This document shows, in pieces, positions 48,240 to 57,052 of a stretch of 64,000 nt of DNA (positions are counted from its first letter, which is position 1; each line of letters starts with the position of its first letter). Source of the DNA: a phage. The position numbers and the translations under genes were made by a program. The notes beneath the pieces are model-generated. The model was given only the letters and a program-made list of their open reading frames with translations, was not told the origin of the DNA and made no database searches. The stretch lies in the sequence record PZ386975.1, one strand, 5' to 3'.

Positions 48240-48830
48240 TTATACTCGGCAAGAGTACTTCTTAGGCATTAATGCACTGCGTTTGCTACTTTCTTCACTC
48301 AATAGTGCGATAAAGTCATCACCTTTACCTTTCCACGGGCTGAATGAAGGGATATGCTCACGAATAGCCTCAATAACCGTCTTAAGTGCTGTATTTTTCA
48401 TCCACCAATCAGAATCTGCTGATGCCACTACGTAGTATCCACCTTCATCAGTCAGAATTGGCTCTGAGATACATGGAGAAATCAAAGTTGTGATGATTGA
48501 ACCATTGTTCATGTAGTATGTACGCTTAATAACCTTTTCAAGAAGCTTGTGTAGGTCACCAAACAGTGTGACAAGCTCTTTATGGTCAATGTCTTTTTCG
48601 AGGCTTGCTCGATACTTCAATAGTGCAGCATCAACTTCTCTGTCATTGAATTTGAAGTATTGTACTTCATCAACAAGGCAAACACTGATATTGTTGACAT
48701 TCATAGTCAACTTACAGACTTTTGCAGGAGAATTGATACTTGGTTGAAAAAGTGCAACACAACCTTCAATGTTCCCAAAATGTTGGACTAGTGTTACTTG
48801 TGGGGTAATATTCTGTTGCTCTTCGGACAT
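48240..48830 (-). CDS. hypothetical protein
   Basis: ORF in co-directional block. Confidence 0.4.
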   Translation of the reverse strand: MSEEQQNITPQVTLVQHFGNIEGCVALFQPSINSPAKVCKLTMNVNNISVCLVDEVQYFKFNDREVDAALLKYRASLEKDIDHKELVTLFGDLHKLLEKVIKRTYYMNNGSIITTLISPCISEPILTDEGGYYVVASADSDWWMKNTALKTVIEAIREHIPSFSPWKGKGDDFIALLSEESSKRSALMPKKYSCRV

Positions 48831-49174
48831 TACAGTTTCCTCATTAAATACTTTTTAAGTTGTGTGTTAGGTTTCTCAAAAACCTCTATAGAAGATATCT
48901 TGACAGATTCACCACGCATACCTGTATGTTTGAATATATAGTACTCTAACATCCCTATATACTTCGCTGGTAAGTCATACTTGACATACACCGTTACAGA
49001 ATCTTCAAATTCAACAACCTTTGTACCATCTTTGTAGTTAAACTCTTTAGGGTGGTCGTAGTTGTCGATATCGTACATTAAAAAGAGTCTTTTCCGTTGC
49101 ATGTCAAGCTTATTTGTTAAAGACTCTTTAATATCTGAGAAGTTTTTGTAAACTGTGACATGGAGCTTACTCAT
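48830..49174 (-). CDS. hypothetical protein
   Basis: ORF in co-directional block. Confidence 0.4.
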   Translation of the reverse strand: MSKLHVTVYKNFSDIKESLTNKLDMQRKRLFLMYDIDNYDHPKEFNYKDGTKVVEFEDSVTVYVKYDLPAKYIGMLEYYIFKHTGMRGESVKISSIEVFEKPNTQLKKYLMRKL

Positions 49175-49460
49175 CGTTAAACTCTCTGACGAAGAAATAG
49201 TTGACTTTATTATTACCTACCATAAGGTCAAAGCAGGTGTTCTCAAAAGGCTTGTTGTAGGCATCATATGAAGTGTACGTATCAGCTACTTGCTTAGTAG
49301 TGAGCTTTTTACTTGATGGATTTAAGAGGCCACCATACAGTTTCTTGATAGCCTCTTCTACAACAGACCAGATGATTTCGTCAGTAATTTCTTCGTACAG
49401 GTCAAGTTCACGCTCTAGTGAGAAGTCACAAATAGGGAAAATAACCTGTACTTTACTCAT
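49167..49460 (-). CDS. hypothetical protein
   Basis: ORF in co-directional block. Confidence 0.4.
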   Translation of the reverse strand: MSKVQVIFPICDFSLERELDLYEEITDEIIWSVVEEAIKKLYGGLLNPSSKKLTTKQVADTYTSYDAYNKPFENTCFDLMVGNNKVNYFFVREFNDE

Positions 49461-49855
49461 TAACGAATCACCTGTGAGACTTGAATTGCTTCAGTTACTG
49501 ACAAGTCACCTACTTTCTCTTCTTTGATAAAGGTGAAGGTAAGTTCAACAGGCTCTCGCTCTTCTTGCTCAACTGGAACACCATTAAGCTCATCAAAGAT
49601 TGATTGAGTTGTCCAGTCTTCTCCACCATCTGGATAATGGATTGCATAAAGAGGAAACTCTAAATTGTACCAAGCAAAAACAGGACAACCATCGGCATCA
49701 TCTCGGCATCTGTGGAGATATGTGTTTGTACCTTCAAAATGCAAATGCAGATTGCCATTCTTCTCAAAGAGAAGAGCATCTTGCAGGTCTAATTCTTCAT
49801 TTTCACTGTAACGACTGACATCAACTTTAACGTGGATATGACTGCTATTATTCAT
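49460..49855 (-). CDS. hypothetical protein
   Basis: ORF in co-directional block. Confidence 0.4.
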   Translation of the reverse strand: MNNSSHIHVKVDVSRYSENEELDLQDALLFEKNGNLHLHFEGTNTYLHRCRDDADGCPVFAWYNLEFPLYAIHYPDGGEDWTTQSIFDELNGVPVEQEEREPVELTFTFIKEEKVGDLSVTEAIQVSQVIR

Positions 49856-50246
49856 AAAAACCTCTCTCTGCTTGTTCGATTTTTGCTCTTAAAGCTTCAC
49901 AATGTTGTAAATGATAGTTAGCTTCTTGTTCATGTGTTGCTAACTGCCTTTCAAGAACAGTTTTATAATAACTTGCAAGTTGCTCTTTTGTCAATGGGTG
50001 CTCTGAAATAATATCAAGTCCACTCTCGCCAAGAGGGTTGAATTGTCCATGCTCATTGACATTGTAAGTCTCAAACTTGAACAGACCATTGTTCACAGAC
50101 TCAATAGGTGACAGTTCAACAAGCTCTACAGTAAACCGTGTATACACCTTGTCACCTCTTGAAACTACATTGTTTCCGACAATGCGTACAAGCGAGCCAT
50201 TACGAGTGTACTTAAAAGTCCCAAAGTCACTAGCCCAAAGCTTCAT
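49848..50246 (-). CDS. hypothetical protein
   Basis: ORF in co-directional block. Confidence 0.4.
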   Translation of the reverse strand: MKLWASDFGTFKYTRNGSLVRIVGNNVVSRGDKVYTRFTVELVELSPIESVNNGLFKFETYNVNEHGQFNPLGESGLDIISEHPLTKEQLASYYKTVLERQLATHEQEANYHLQHCEALRAKIEQAERGFYE

Positions 50247-50260
50247 AGTTTTCTCCTTAG

Positions 50261-50287
50261 AAAATAAAAAGGCTCCCGAAGGAGCCT
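50261..50287 (-). terminator. rho-independent terminator (minus strand)
   Basis: aggctcccgaaggagcct hairpin with T run on minus strand, just downstream of lysozyme gene. Confidence 0.55.
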
Positions 50288-50296
50288 ATGAAGATA

Positions 50297-50761
50297 TTAC
50301 TTTGGGTATACACTGTCAAGATAAATGTCAGCTTCCATTCTACGTCTGTTTTTCAGTCCGTTTGAAGTGACTTTCTTACCTTCGACTGTAACCTTGTTCC
50401 ACCACTGCATAGCTTCTGCACAACCTACCTTATTACCAGCGTTGTGGCGCTTGATAAATGTGGAATCCTGCATAGCTGTGATACCGATGTTGTATGTTTC
50501 ACTTACAAGTGCATCAAACTCGTTCTGAGAAGTTGGAACCTTGATGGCTTTATTCACTGCTGCAACGAATTTCTCAACATCTGCAAGAAGATACTGTTCA
50601 GCTTGTTCAGCGGTAATCTTCATACCCATCTTAACAGGCTTCCCACCAATACGGATTGTCCCATACCCAATTGTGGGGATTCCAGCAGAATCTTCGTAAG
50701 CCTCCAGCTTAAGACCTTCAAAGAACTTAATAGCTTCTAAACCTTTTCTTGAGAGTTGCAT
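50297..50761 (-). CDS. endolysin, GH24-type lysozyme
   Basis: LEAIKFFEGLKLEAYEDSAGIPTIGYGT catalytic-region signature. Confidence 0.7.
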   Translation of the reverse strand: MQLSRKGLEAIKFFEGLKLEAYEDSAGIPTIGYGTIRIGGKPVKMGMKITAEQAEQYLLADVEKFVAAVNKAIKVPTSQNEFDALVSETYNIGITAMQDSTFIKRHNAGNKVGCAEAMQWWNKVTVEGKKVTSNGLKNRRRMEADIYLDSVYPK

Positions 50762-51393
50762 TATGCCTCCCCTGCTGGGTTAACTGTAACTGTTGCTGCA
50801 TTAGATGTTACAGAGCCACCTGCACCAGTAACTACACAGGTGTAGCTTCCTGCATCAGCAGTGGTTGCACCTTCTTTGGTGTAAGTTGCAGTAGTTGCAT
50901 CGAGGATGTCTTCCTCACCTTTCTTCCACTGGTAACCTGTCGCACCTGTTGCCGCAACATTCAGCGTTAAGGTCTCACCTTCATTAATTTCTTGATTGGT
51001 TGGCTGTTGAGTGATTGCTGGTGGCTTGATAGCATCCTTCAACTTAGCATTCAGCATTGAGAATGGTTTAACTCTTGCCAGCCATTCACAATAAACTGTA
51101 TCAACGTCTTTACCATTGATAATTGCATATTGTAAGTCCATGAAGAAGTCAGAAGTTCTCATTTGAGCACCAATGCTGTAAAGCAACTCATCACTAAATG
51201 GAACTTTGTAGTCTGGTTTGTAGTCAAACTCATCGACTTCTGCAATATCAGCTTCAGGCCAATATGAACTATAGGTAAGTGGTAAAATAACCTCTTGATA
51301 TGTTCTAAAATCATATCTCTTACCAGCCTTTACATTTGCAATGAAACCCTTCACAAACTCTTTGAAGTCTGGGTAAGTCTTTGCTTTAATCAT
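50761..51393 (-). CDS. hypothetical protein with C-terminal Ig-like domain; paralogue of next gene
   Basis: N-terminal 120 aa alignable to 51390-51761 product (shared RY, YKP, LLY, FMDLQY blocks); C-terminus Thr/Gly/Ala-rich Ig-like (YTCVVTGAGGSVTSNAATVTV). Confidence 0.4.
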   Translation of the reverse strand: MIKAKTYPDFKEFVKGFIANVKAGKRYDFRTYQEVILPLTYSSYWPEADIAEVDEFDYKPDYKVPFSDELLYSIGAQMRTSDFFMDLQYAIINGKDVDTVYCEWLARVKPFSMLNAKLKDAIKPPAITQQPTNQEINEGETLTLNVAATGATGYQWKKGEEDILDATTATYTKEGATTADAGSYTCVVTGAGGSVTSNAATVTVNPAGEA

Positions 51394-51761
51394 TTCTTTT
51401 TAGCCTCTAAATGTGCGTTTAGTCTAAAATAGCCTTTGTGATGCGGAGATACATCACCAACAACAATACCTTTAACCTTATAACCTTTACCAATTACATA
51501 CTGGATATCCATAAGGAATCTTCCAAGACCAACAATATGGAACATTGGATATAATAGATTCTCAGAGTCTGGAATATTGATTTCGGGTTTGTAGGTGCGT
51601 TGTTCGGTTATTGGTGTAATATCTTCTTCAGGCCATTTACTGAGTCTCCATGTCAAAGGTGTTGGGATAACATCATTAAGGTTGTATCTTTCACCATTTT
51701 GCACGGAATTGATATAGGATTGTAGGAAGCAATAAAAGTCTTTTGCACTCTTAGCTTTCAT
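51390..51761 (-). CDS. hypothetical protein, paralogue of 50761-51393 N-domain
   Basis: Shared conserved blocks with neighbour. Confidence 0.4.
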   Translation of the reverse strand: MKAKSAKDFYCFLQSYINSVQNGERYNLNDVIPTPLTWRLSKWPEEDITPITEQRTYKPEINIPDSENLLYPMFHIVGLGRFLMDIQYVIGKGYKVKGIVVGDVSPHHKGYFRLNAHLEAKKK

Positions 51762-51808
51762 TAAATATCCTTATAAATAGTTAAAGGGGCATCAGCCCCT
51801 ATTCACAC

Positions 51809-52399
51809 TTAAGCTTTGGTCTTAAGTAGGTTCTTAAGTTTTTTAAGATTCATACTCTCATCAAACTTAAAACCAAATCCATTGACATAATCAATGAACT
51901 CGGATTTCTTACTGAGTGACAATGCGTAACTCATATCAAAGTTCTTACTTGTTTCTGCGTCTGGACTAGAGTTCACATCAAATGAAATTTCTGTAGGCTC
52001 TTGCTTACTTTTTCTCATATTATCAACCAACAAACATGTATAGTTTGCTGGATAGAAATTTACACTGCCGTCGACGTAGCTGTACTTATTATTATGAATA
52101 AGGTTGGAAAATACCTTAAGGAATGTTTCTGAGTCGTGGCAAACAAGTTTGAATTGGCTGCTCTCTCCAAGCGCAACTAATGAGTACGGACTTTCACTAT
52201 CAAAGTCATAATTTGGATTCGATGCCGTCACTGTTACACGCATCAAGTTATTAGCAATAGTCTTCTGTTTAAAAGAATTTTGAACATAGTGAAGACCTCT
52301 ATCACACTGATTGACTAGCTCTTTAAGTAGGTCATTTGCATATGGTGAATTAATTGATACAGAGCCATCACTATTGTAATTAAAACTTACTGTTAACAT
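51809..52399 (-). CDS. hypothetical protein
   Basis: ORF in co-directional block. Confidence 0.4.
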   Translation of the reverse strand: MLTVSFNYNSDGSVSINSPYANDLLKELVNQCDRGLHYVQNSFKQKTIANNLMRVTVTASNPNYDFDSESPYSLVALGESSQFKLVCHDSETFLKVFSNLIHNNKYSYVDGSVNFYPANYTCLLVDNMRKSKQEPTEISFDVNSSPDAETSKNFDMSYALSLSKKSEFIDYVNGFGFKFDESMNLKKLKNLLKTKA

Positions 52400-52626
52400 T
52401 TTTCAGTTCTCCTGCGATTTATGATTTTGCTGCAATAGAGAAACGAAGTAAACTCACTGGAAGAAACCACTAAGTGTTGTTCACTAGATTGAGCCATTGC
52501 CCTGAAATACATTCCAGTCAAAGCATCATAGTGACTATTCTTTCCAATTGAGGTTATATAGCCATGACTCTTTGCAGTTTGATATAAATCTATAATATCT
52601 GCGATTTCTAATTGGGAACTACACAT
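52393..52626 (-). CDS. hypothetical protein
   Basis: ORF in co-directional block. Confidence 0.3.
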   Translation of the reverse strand: MCSSQLEIADIIDLYQTAKSHGYITSIGKNSHYDALTGMYFRAMAQSSEQHLVVSSSEFTSFLYCSKIINRRRTEKC

Positions 52627-52790
52627 AGATAATCCTCTTGTCTTCTGTAATTTTGAAAGAACAGGTACAGACCAATTTCAGAGGATGAATAGTAGATTAA
52701 TTCTACCCTTTTTGATTCCTTACAGTGATTGGTATTCTTACCTTTCTTCGGTTTATTTGATTTTCTCATTAAGTCTCCTTTGTAGAACAA
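52608..52790 (-). CDS. hypothetical small basic protein
   Basis: First ORF of minus block. Confidence 0.3.
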   Translation of the reverse strand: MFYKGDLMRKSNKPKKGKNTNHCKESKRVELIYYSSSEIGLYLFFQNYRRQEDYLCVVPN

Positions 52791-53018
52791 GGCAGACCTA
52801 CAGCTTTAAGTAAGATGGTACAGTAATCCATACAACAAGTCAAGAACTATTGCAAGTTAAAAAAGTCGTTGACAAAGTACTTGACAAGGTGTAGGCTTAT
52901 AAATACTTAGAAGATAACTTAAAAGGTTCCTCTAAAAAGGCTATTTAAACAGATATCTTTCTGGATATCTATCTTTTATCTTAAAAGCCTTTTAAGAGGT
53001 CTTATAAGAGGCATACCA

Positions 53019-53390
53019 ATGAAAAACAGAACAAACAAAGGCCAGTTTAAAAAAGGCCAGTCTGGAAACCCATCTGGAAGACCAAAAGGCTCTCGTAACA
53101 AAAGCTCACTCGTAAAAGCTCAACTGACCATTGATAATTCTGCTGAGTTTGCTGCAAAGCTGTTTGAGGCGATTGTTACAAGGGATGCTGCTAAGCTTGC
53201 AGAGTTCGGGTTAAACACAGACGATGTAACCATCAAGAGTATGATTGAGGTCGGTAAAACTATCATGACTCACTCAGCAGGTGAGATGAAAGCAATTGCA
53301 GCAGACACTAAGAAGACTCCTGATAATGGTGGTCAAACCCAGACAGATAACAAACCAACGTTCTCTGCTGTAGCGACTCTCAAAAAATAA
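53019..53390 (+). CDS. hypothetical protein with GNPSGRPKG motif
   Basis: N-terminal basic motif; function unknown. Confidence 0.35.
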   Translation: MKNRTNKGQFKKGQSGNPSGRPKGSRNKSSLVKAQLTIDNSAEFAAKLFEAIVTRDAAKLAEFGLNTDDVTIKSMIEVGKTIMTHSAGEMKAIAADTKKTPDNGGQTQTDNKPTFSAVATLKK

Positions 53391-53471
53391 TTTTAAAAGG
53401 TGTTGACAGACTCTACAAAGTTGCTCTAAAGTCTGTCACATCAAACAACAAATGAGAGAAGAGAGTAAAAT

Positions 53472-54887
53472 ATGAGCGAATTATTCAAACATGCGCACCT
53501 TCATGCAGGTCGAACTGAAAATGGTGCTGTAAACCATACTTCATCAATGTCTGCTCTTGTAGACTTTTACAAAGCTGCTGGTTCTAGCCGTAGCAATGTA
53601 GAAATCTTACCAGACTTGTTCTACAAAGCTTTGCATGAGGATGTTGATGTTGCAGTTCGTATTTTACTGCATATGCGAGATGTACGAGAAGGTATGGGTG
53701 AGCGTAAAGCTTTCCGAACTGTTTTACTTCAAGCGATTGAAGATAAGATTTTAGAGCCTACACAGGTTCTTCGCATTATGGATAAGATTGCAGAACTTGG
53801 TCGTTTTGATGACTTCAAAATCTTCGTAGGTACTCGTTTTGAGACAGATGCCTTCAAACATTTAGAAGCAGCATTACTAGACCCTGCAACAGCAGGTTTA
53901 GCAGCTAAGTGGTTGCCACGAGTAAAACCACGCCACAAACATTTTGTAAAACGTTTCTGTAAGTTTGCAAACTTAAGCGAGAAAGAGTACCGCACACTGT
54001 TATCTGCACTGTCTGATACGGTTGAGCAAAAAATCTCTGCTAATGAGTTTGGTAAGATTGACTACAGCAAGATTCCTTCACTCGCTGCTGCACGTTACCA
54101 AAAACTCTTTAACCGTAAAGATGGAGAACGTTACAAAGCTTACATCGAATCACTCTCAAAGGGTGAGGCTAAGATTAACGCTGGTGCTGTTTACCCATAC
54201 GATGTGATTAAGTCTATCAAGCATGGTAATGCAGATGTTGCCAATGAGCAGTGGAAAGCACTACCAAACTGGATGGCAGAAGGTGAGAACATTCTGTGTA
54301 TGACCGATGTTTCAAGCTCAATGTCTTGGGTGAATCTTGGTTCAATCACTGCCCTTGATATTGGTGTATCACTTGCCTTGTATGTAGCAGAACGCAATAC
54401 TGGTTGTTTTAAGAATGAGTTAATGGTTTACTCAACAAACCCTCACTTCATCGAACTGAGTGGTGATTTACGAAACCGTCATCGTCAGGTGATGCGTCAT
54501 GTTGAATATGGCTCAACTAACTTACAAGCAGCTTTTGACCGTATTCTTGAGATAGGTAAAAGAAACAACTTGACTCAGAAAGATATGCCAAGTAAGCTTA
54601 TCATCTTCTCCGATATGGAGTTCAATCAGGTTGATGGTGCTAACGGTCGTACAAACTTTGAAGCAATTCAGAGTAAGTACAAAAAAGCTGGATATGAGAT
54701 GCCACAACTGGTATTCTGGTACTTAGCAAACCGTAATGGCACTTGCGAAGTATCTGTTAAGGATAACGGTGTAGCAATGGTATCTGGTTTCTCTCCAGCC
54801 ACTTTAAAAGCTCTGCTTGGTGGTGAGAAGTTTGACCCAATCAGCGTAATGCTCAAAGCAGTAATGATTGACCGTTATATCTGGTAA
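53472..54887 (+). CDS. Ro60/Rsr-like protein (TROVE-like N-terminal region plus vWA domain with MIDAS motif)
   Basis: MTDVSSSMSWVNLGSI (MIDAS DxSxS), GSTN and IIFSDMEFN blocks resemble Ro60 vWA domain as recalled (AVDVSASM...LGSI, GGTD, IVFTDNETF); about 280 aa helical N-terminal region. Confidence 0.5.
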   Translation: MSELFKHAHLHAGRTENGAVNHTSSMSALVDFYKAAGSSRSNVEILPDLFYKALHEDVDVAVRILLHMRDVREGMGERKAFRTVLLQAIEDKILEPTQVLRIMDKIAELGRFDDFKIFVGTRFETDAFKHLEAALLDPATAGLAAKWLPRVKPRHKHFVKRFCKFANLSEKEYRTLLSALSDTVEQKISANEFGKIDYSKIPSLAAARYQKLFNRKDGERYKAYIESLSKGEAKINAGAVYPYDVIKSIKHGNADVANEQWKALPNWMAEGENILCMTDVSSSMSWVNLGSITALDIGVSLALYVAERNTGCFKNELMVYSTNPHFIELSGDLRNRHRQVMRHVEYGSTNLQAAFDRILEIGKRNNLTQKDMPSKLIIFSDMEFNQVDGANGRTNFEAIQSKYKKAGYEMPQLVFWYLANRNGTCEVSVKDNGVAMVSGFSPATLKALLGGEKFDPISVMLKAVMIDRYIW

Positions 54888-54905
54888 AAAGTTTTAAAAA
54901 GGGTA

Positions 54906-54934
54906 TTGACAATGTGTTTGATACCCTTTAATAT
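54906..54934 (+). promoter_or_regulatory. sigma70-like promoter upstream of tRNA cluster
   Basis: TTGACA, 17 nt spacer, TAATAT. Confidence 0.5.
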
Positions 54935-55052
54935 GTTCTACATAGAAACGAAATGAGAGCTTTTCTAAGATACTGAAAAATATTTTAAAAAAGTTCTTGA
55001 CAACCACTAAAAAATAATGTTAAAGTGGTTACATAGAGTTTGAAAAGTTTAT

Positions 55053-55129
55053 CTCTGTTTAGCTCAGCTTGGTAGAGCGTTCCGTTTGGGGCGGTAAGGC
55101 CGGAGGTTCAAGTCCTCCAACAGAGACCA
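55053..55129 (+). tRNA. tRNA-Pro (TGG), tentative
   Basis: 7 bp acceptor ctctgtt/aacagag, T-arm ggaggttcaagtcctcc, encoded CCA. Confidence 0.6.
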
Positions 55130-55146
55130 AATTTAAAGGGGTTACT

Positions 55147-55503
55147 ATGAGATTTTTAAAAGAATGTCCAGTTCATGGTTTAACTGAACATAGCATTCAT
55201 AAGAATGGTAACGCCGGTAATAGAGTAAATTGTCTAAAATGTTGTGCATTAAGGACAAAACTTAGAGAGGATGCCAATAGGGAGAAAGCATACAAGTTTT
55301 ATGGCGATAGTTGCAAAATTTGTGGCTATAATAAATGTAAAAATGCTTTAGAATGGCATCACCTTAACCCAAACGAAAAAGAGAATACACCATCAAAAAT
55401 TATGGGTGCATCTTGGGAAAAGGTTAAAAAAGAACTTGATAAATGTGTTTTGCTCTGTGCTAATTGCCACAGAGAGGTTCATAGTGGAATTACAACGGTT
55501 TAA
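55147..55503 (+). CDS. HNH endonuclease inside tRNA cluster
   Basis: CKICG...EWHHLNP...CANCHREVH; start moved to MRFLKE because annotated start overlaps a tRNA. Confidence 0.55.
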   Translation: MRFLKECPVHGLTEHSIHKNGNAGNRVNCLKCCALRTKLREDANREKAYKFYGDSCKICGYNKCKNALEWHHLNPNEKENTPSKIMGASWEKVKKELDKCVLLCANCHREVHSGITTV

Positions 55504-55504
55504 T

Positions 55505-55579
55505 GTCGTAGAAGGCAAATGGTTAGCCACCTGACCTTCAATCAGTTGCTCGCAGGTTCGAATCCTGTCTACGACACCA
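55505..55579 (+). tRNA. tRNA, anticodon possibly TTC (Glu)
   Basis: Acceptor gtcgtag/ctacgac, T-arm gcaggttcgaatcctgt, CCA. Confidence 0.5.
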
Positions 55580-55586
55580 GTTTTGA

Positions 55587-55659
55587 CAGAAGACCAATTA
55601 CAGCAAACTTAATCTTATTCATCTGAAGGTAAATCGGACAAAGAAGAGATTTGGTCTGG
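55587..55659 (+). ncRNA. conserved stem element A (CAGAAGACCA ... TTGGTCTGG)
   Basis: Member of a 4-copy family with covarying closing stem and conserved TACAGCAA. Confidence 0.35.
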
Positions 55660-55670
55660 TCATTAAGAAT

Positions 55671-55747
55671 TGCGGGTATAGAGAAAGGGCGTCTCACATG
55701 TCTCATTAGCATGGTATCGGCAGGTTCGACTCCTGCACCCGCCTCCA
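55671..55747 (+). tRNA. tRNA-Met-like (CAT), non-canonical 1:72 pair
   Basis: Anticodon loop ctcatta, T-arm gcaggttcgactcctgc, CCA; acceptor pairing imperfect. Confidence 0.4.
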
Positions 55748-55753
55748 ATTTTG

Positions 55754-55813
55754 CAGAAGACCGTATTCAGCAACAAACTACTTTTTGCGGATAAAAGAAA
55801 AAACACGGTCTGG
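55754..55813 (+). ncRNA. conserved stem element B (CAGAAGACCG ... CGGTCTGG)
   Basis: Covarying G-C in place of A-T relative to element A. Confidence 0.35.
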
Positions 55814-55824
55814 CAATGTATTAA

Positions 55825-55901
55825 GGTTAGGAAGCACATAAGGTATGTGCGGTCGCCTGTTAAGCGAATGGCACAGGGTTCGAATCCCTGACTAACCGCC
55901 A
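55825..55901 (+). tRNA. tRNA-Asn (GTT)
   Basis: Acceptor ggttagg/actaacc, anticodon loop ctgttaa, T-arm cagggttcgaatccctg, CCA. Confidence 0.6.
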
Positions 55902-55970
55902 AATTTAGGAGAGAAGCGATTGCTCACCGATTTGTAAGGTGCAAGTCCTTAGCCTGAATAGAAATTAAAT

Positions 55971-56058
55971 GTGTCGTTATCCCGTAGATGGTAGCGGTGG
56001 GGACTGTAAATCCCTTGTCATTGAGACTCGGTAGGTTCGACTCCTACACGGCACACCA
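55971..56058 (+). tRNA. tRNA-Tyr (GTA), long variable arm
   Basis: Acceptor gtgtcgt/acggcac, anticodon loop ctgtaaa, T-arm gtaggttcgactcctac, CCA. Confidence 0.6.
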
Positions 56059-56063
56059 ATAAA

Positions 56064-56141
56064 GGTTATGTAGTTTAATTTGGTTAAAATACTCCCCTGT
56101 CACGGGAGATGATGAGGGTTCAAATCCCTTCGTAACCGCCA
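56064..56141 (+). tRNA. tRNA-Asp (GTC)
   Basis: Acceptor ggttatg/cgtaacc, anticodon stem-loop ctccc ctgtcac gggag, CCA. Confidence 0.65.
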
Positions 56142-56202
56142 ATTTTGAGAGGGCTATTTAGCCCCTCCCTTAAAGGGTTCTTACGAGTATCCTTTAAAGG
56201 AG

Positions 56203-56278
56203 CAGAAGACCAAATACAGCAAGAACGTATGAAAATTTCAAGCCAATTTAATTTTGAAAAATTTAAAACTTGGTCTGG
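56203..56278 (+). ncRNA. conserved stem element C (CAGAAGACCA ... TTGGTCTGG)
   Basis: Same family as A, B, D. Confidence 0.35.
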
Positions 56279-56291
56279 CTCAACAAATTTA

Positions 56292-56422
56292 CAGAAGACC
56301 GTTTACAGCAAAACTTAAACAATCTATTTCTCGGTAAAGAAAAGGCGAAGGTTCGATTCCTTCACTCGGCAGATGTCGAGTTGGTGTAATGGTAGCACTT
56401 AAGATGATAAACAACGGTCTGG
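56292..56422 (+). ncRNA. candidate Y-RNA-like ncRNA (element D) with permuted tRNA-like module
   Basis: Closing stem CAGAAGACCG/CGGTCTGG; internal T-arm gaaggttcgattccttc, acceptor-like hairpin actcggc-agat-gtcgagt, then D-arm-like ggtgtaatggtagcac; no conventional 5' acceptor partner. Confidence 0.4.
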
Positions 56423-56424
56423 TA

Positions 56425-56566
56425 ATTATCTTTGTAGATAAGTTATTAAGCTTACCTGTGAGTATGCGACCACAAAGGGTGAAAGGGTAAATTCTAGATT
56501 TAAACCCAAAAAGGCACATCGCTACAGACCTTAAGCAAGTCTGGGTAGCTTATCTACAAAGATAAT
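56425..56566 (+). repeat. 18 bp perfect inverted repeat enclosing about 106 nt
   Basis: attatctttgtagataag at 56425-56442 and its exact reverse complement at 56549-56566. Confidence 0.6.
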
Positions 56567-56571
56567 TTAAT

Positions 56572-56647
56572 GGAAGTGTAGCAGAATGGTGATGCGGCAG
56601 ACTTTTAATCTGACAGGCGATGGGTTCGAATCCCTCCACTTCTACCA
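56572..56647 (+). tRNA. tRNA-Lys (TTT)
   Basis: Acceptor ggaagtg/cacttct, anticodon loop cttttaa, T-loop ttcgaat, CCA. Confidence 0.55.
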
Positions 56648-56651
56648 AAAT

Positions 56652-56728
56652 GGTTCAGTCGCAGATAAGGTAATTCAAGGGTCTCATAAGACCTATGAAT
56701 GTGGGTTCGATTCCCATCTGAACCTCCA
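56652..56728 (+). tRNA. tRNA-Met or Ile2 (CAT)
   Basis: Exact 7 bp acceptor ggttcag/ctgaacc, anticodon loop ctcataa, CCA. Confidence 0.6.
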
Positions 56729-56730
56729 AT

Positions 56731-56805
56731 TGTGGGTTAGCATAAATGGTAATGCAAACGGCTGATAACCGTTAGAAGAGGGTTCGATACCCTCACCTAC
56801 AACCA
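56731..56805 (+). tRNA. tRNA-Ile (GAT)
   Basis: Anticodon stem-loop aacgg ctgataa ccgtt, T-arm gagggttcgataccctc, CCA. Confidence 0.65.
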
Positions 56806-56820
56806 ATTTCAATAAAGTTG

Positions 56821-56849
56821 TTGACATTGAGATGTGACTACTTTATAGT
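56821..56849 (+). promoter_or_regulatory. sigma70-like promoter inside tRNA cluster
   Basis: TTGACA, 17 nt spacer, TATAGT. Confidence 0.55.
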
Positions 56850-57052
56850 AACCTTAGTTTTCGTTGCGTAGCGTCTATTTTGCAAATTTAAAATAAATGC
56901 AAACGACAATGTTTTTCTGGCAGTAGCTTGATAGGCTAAACACCAGTGAGGTCTTCCAATCCCTCATCAAAGAATTTGGCGTACTAGCCCACGGTATGAT
57001 TAATAAAGTGGGCATCTTTAAGGGCTTTCTAAGAGAGTCTTTAAAGATTAAT

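Noticed and set aside
56340-56375. Stand-alone tRNA at the T-arm gaaggttcgattccttc
   Set aside because: No complementary 5' acceptor strand within 100 nt upstream; better explained as part of the permuted tRNA-like module of element D
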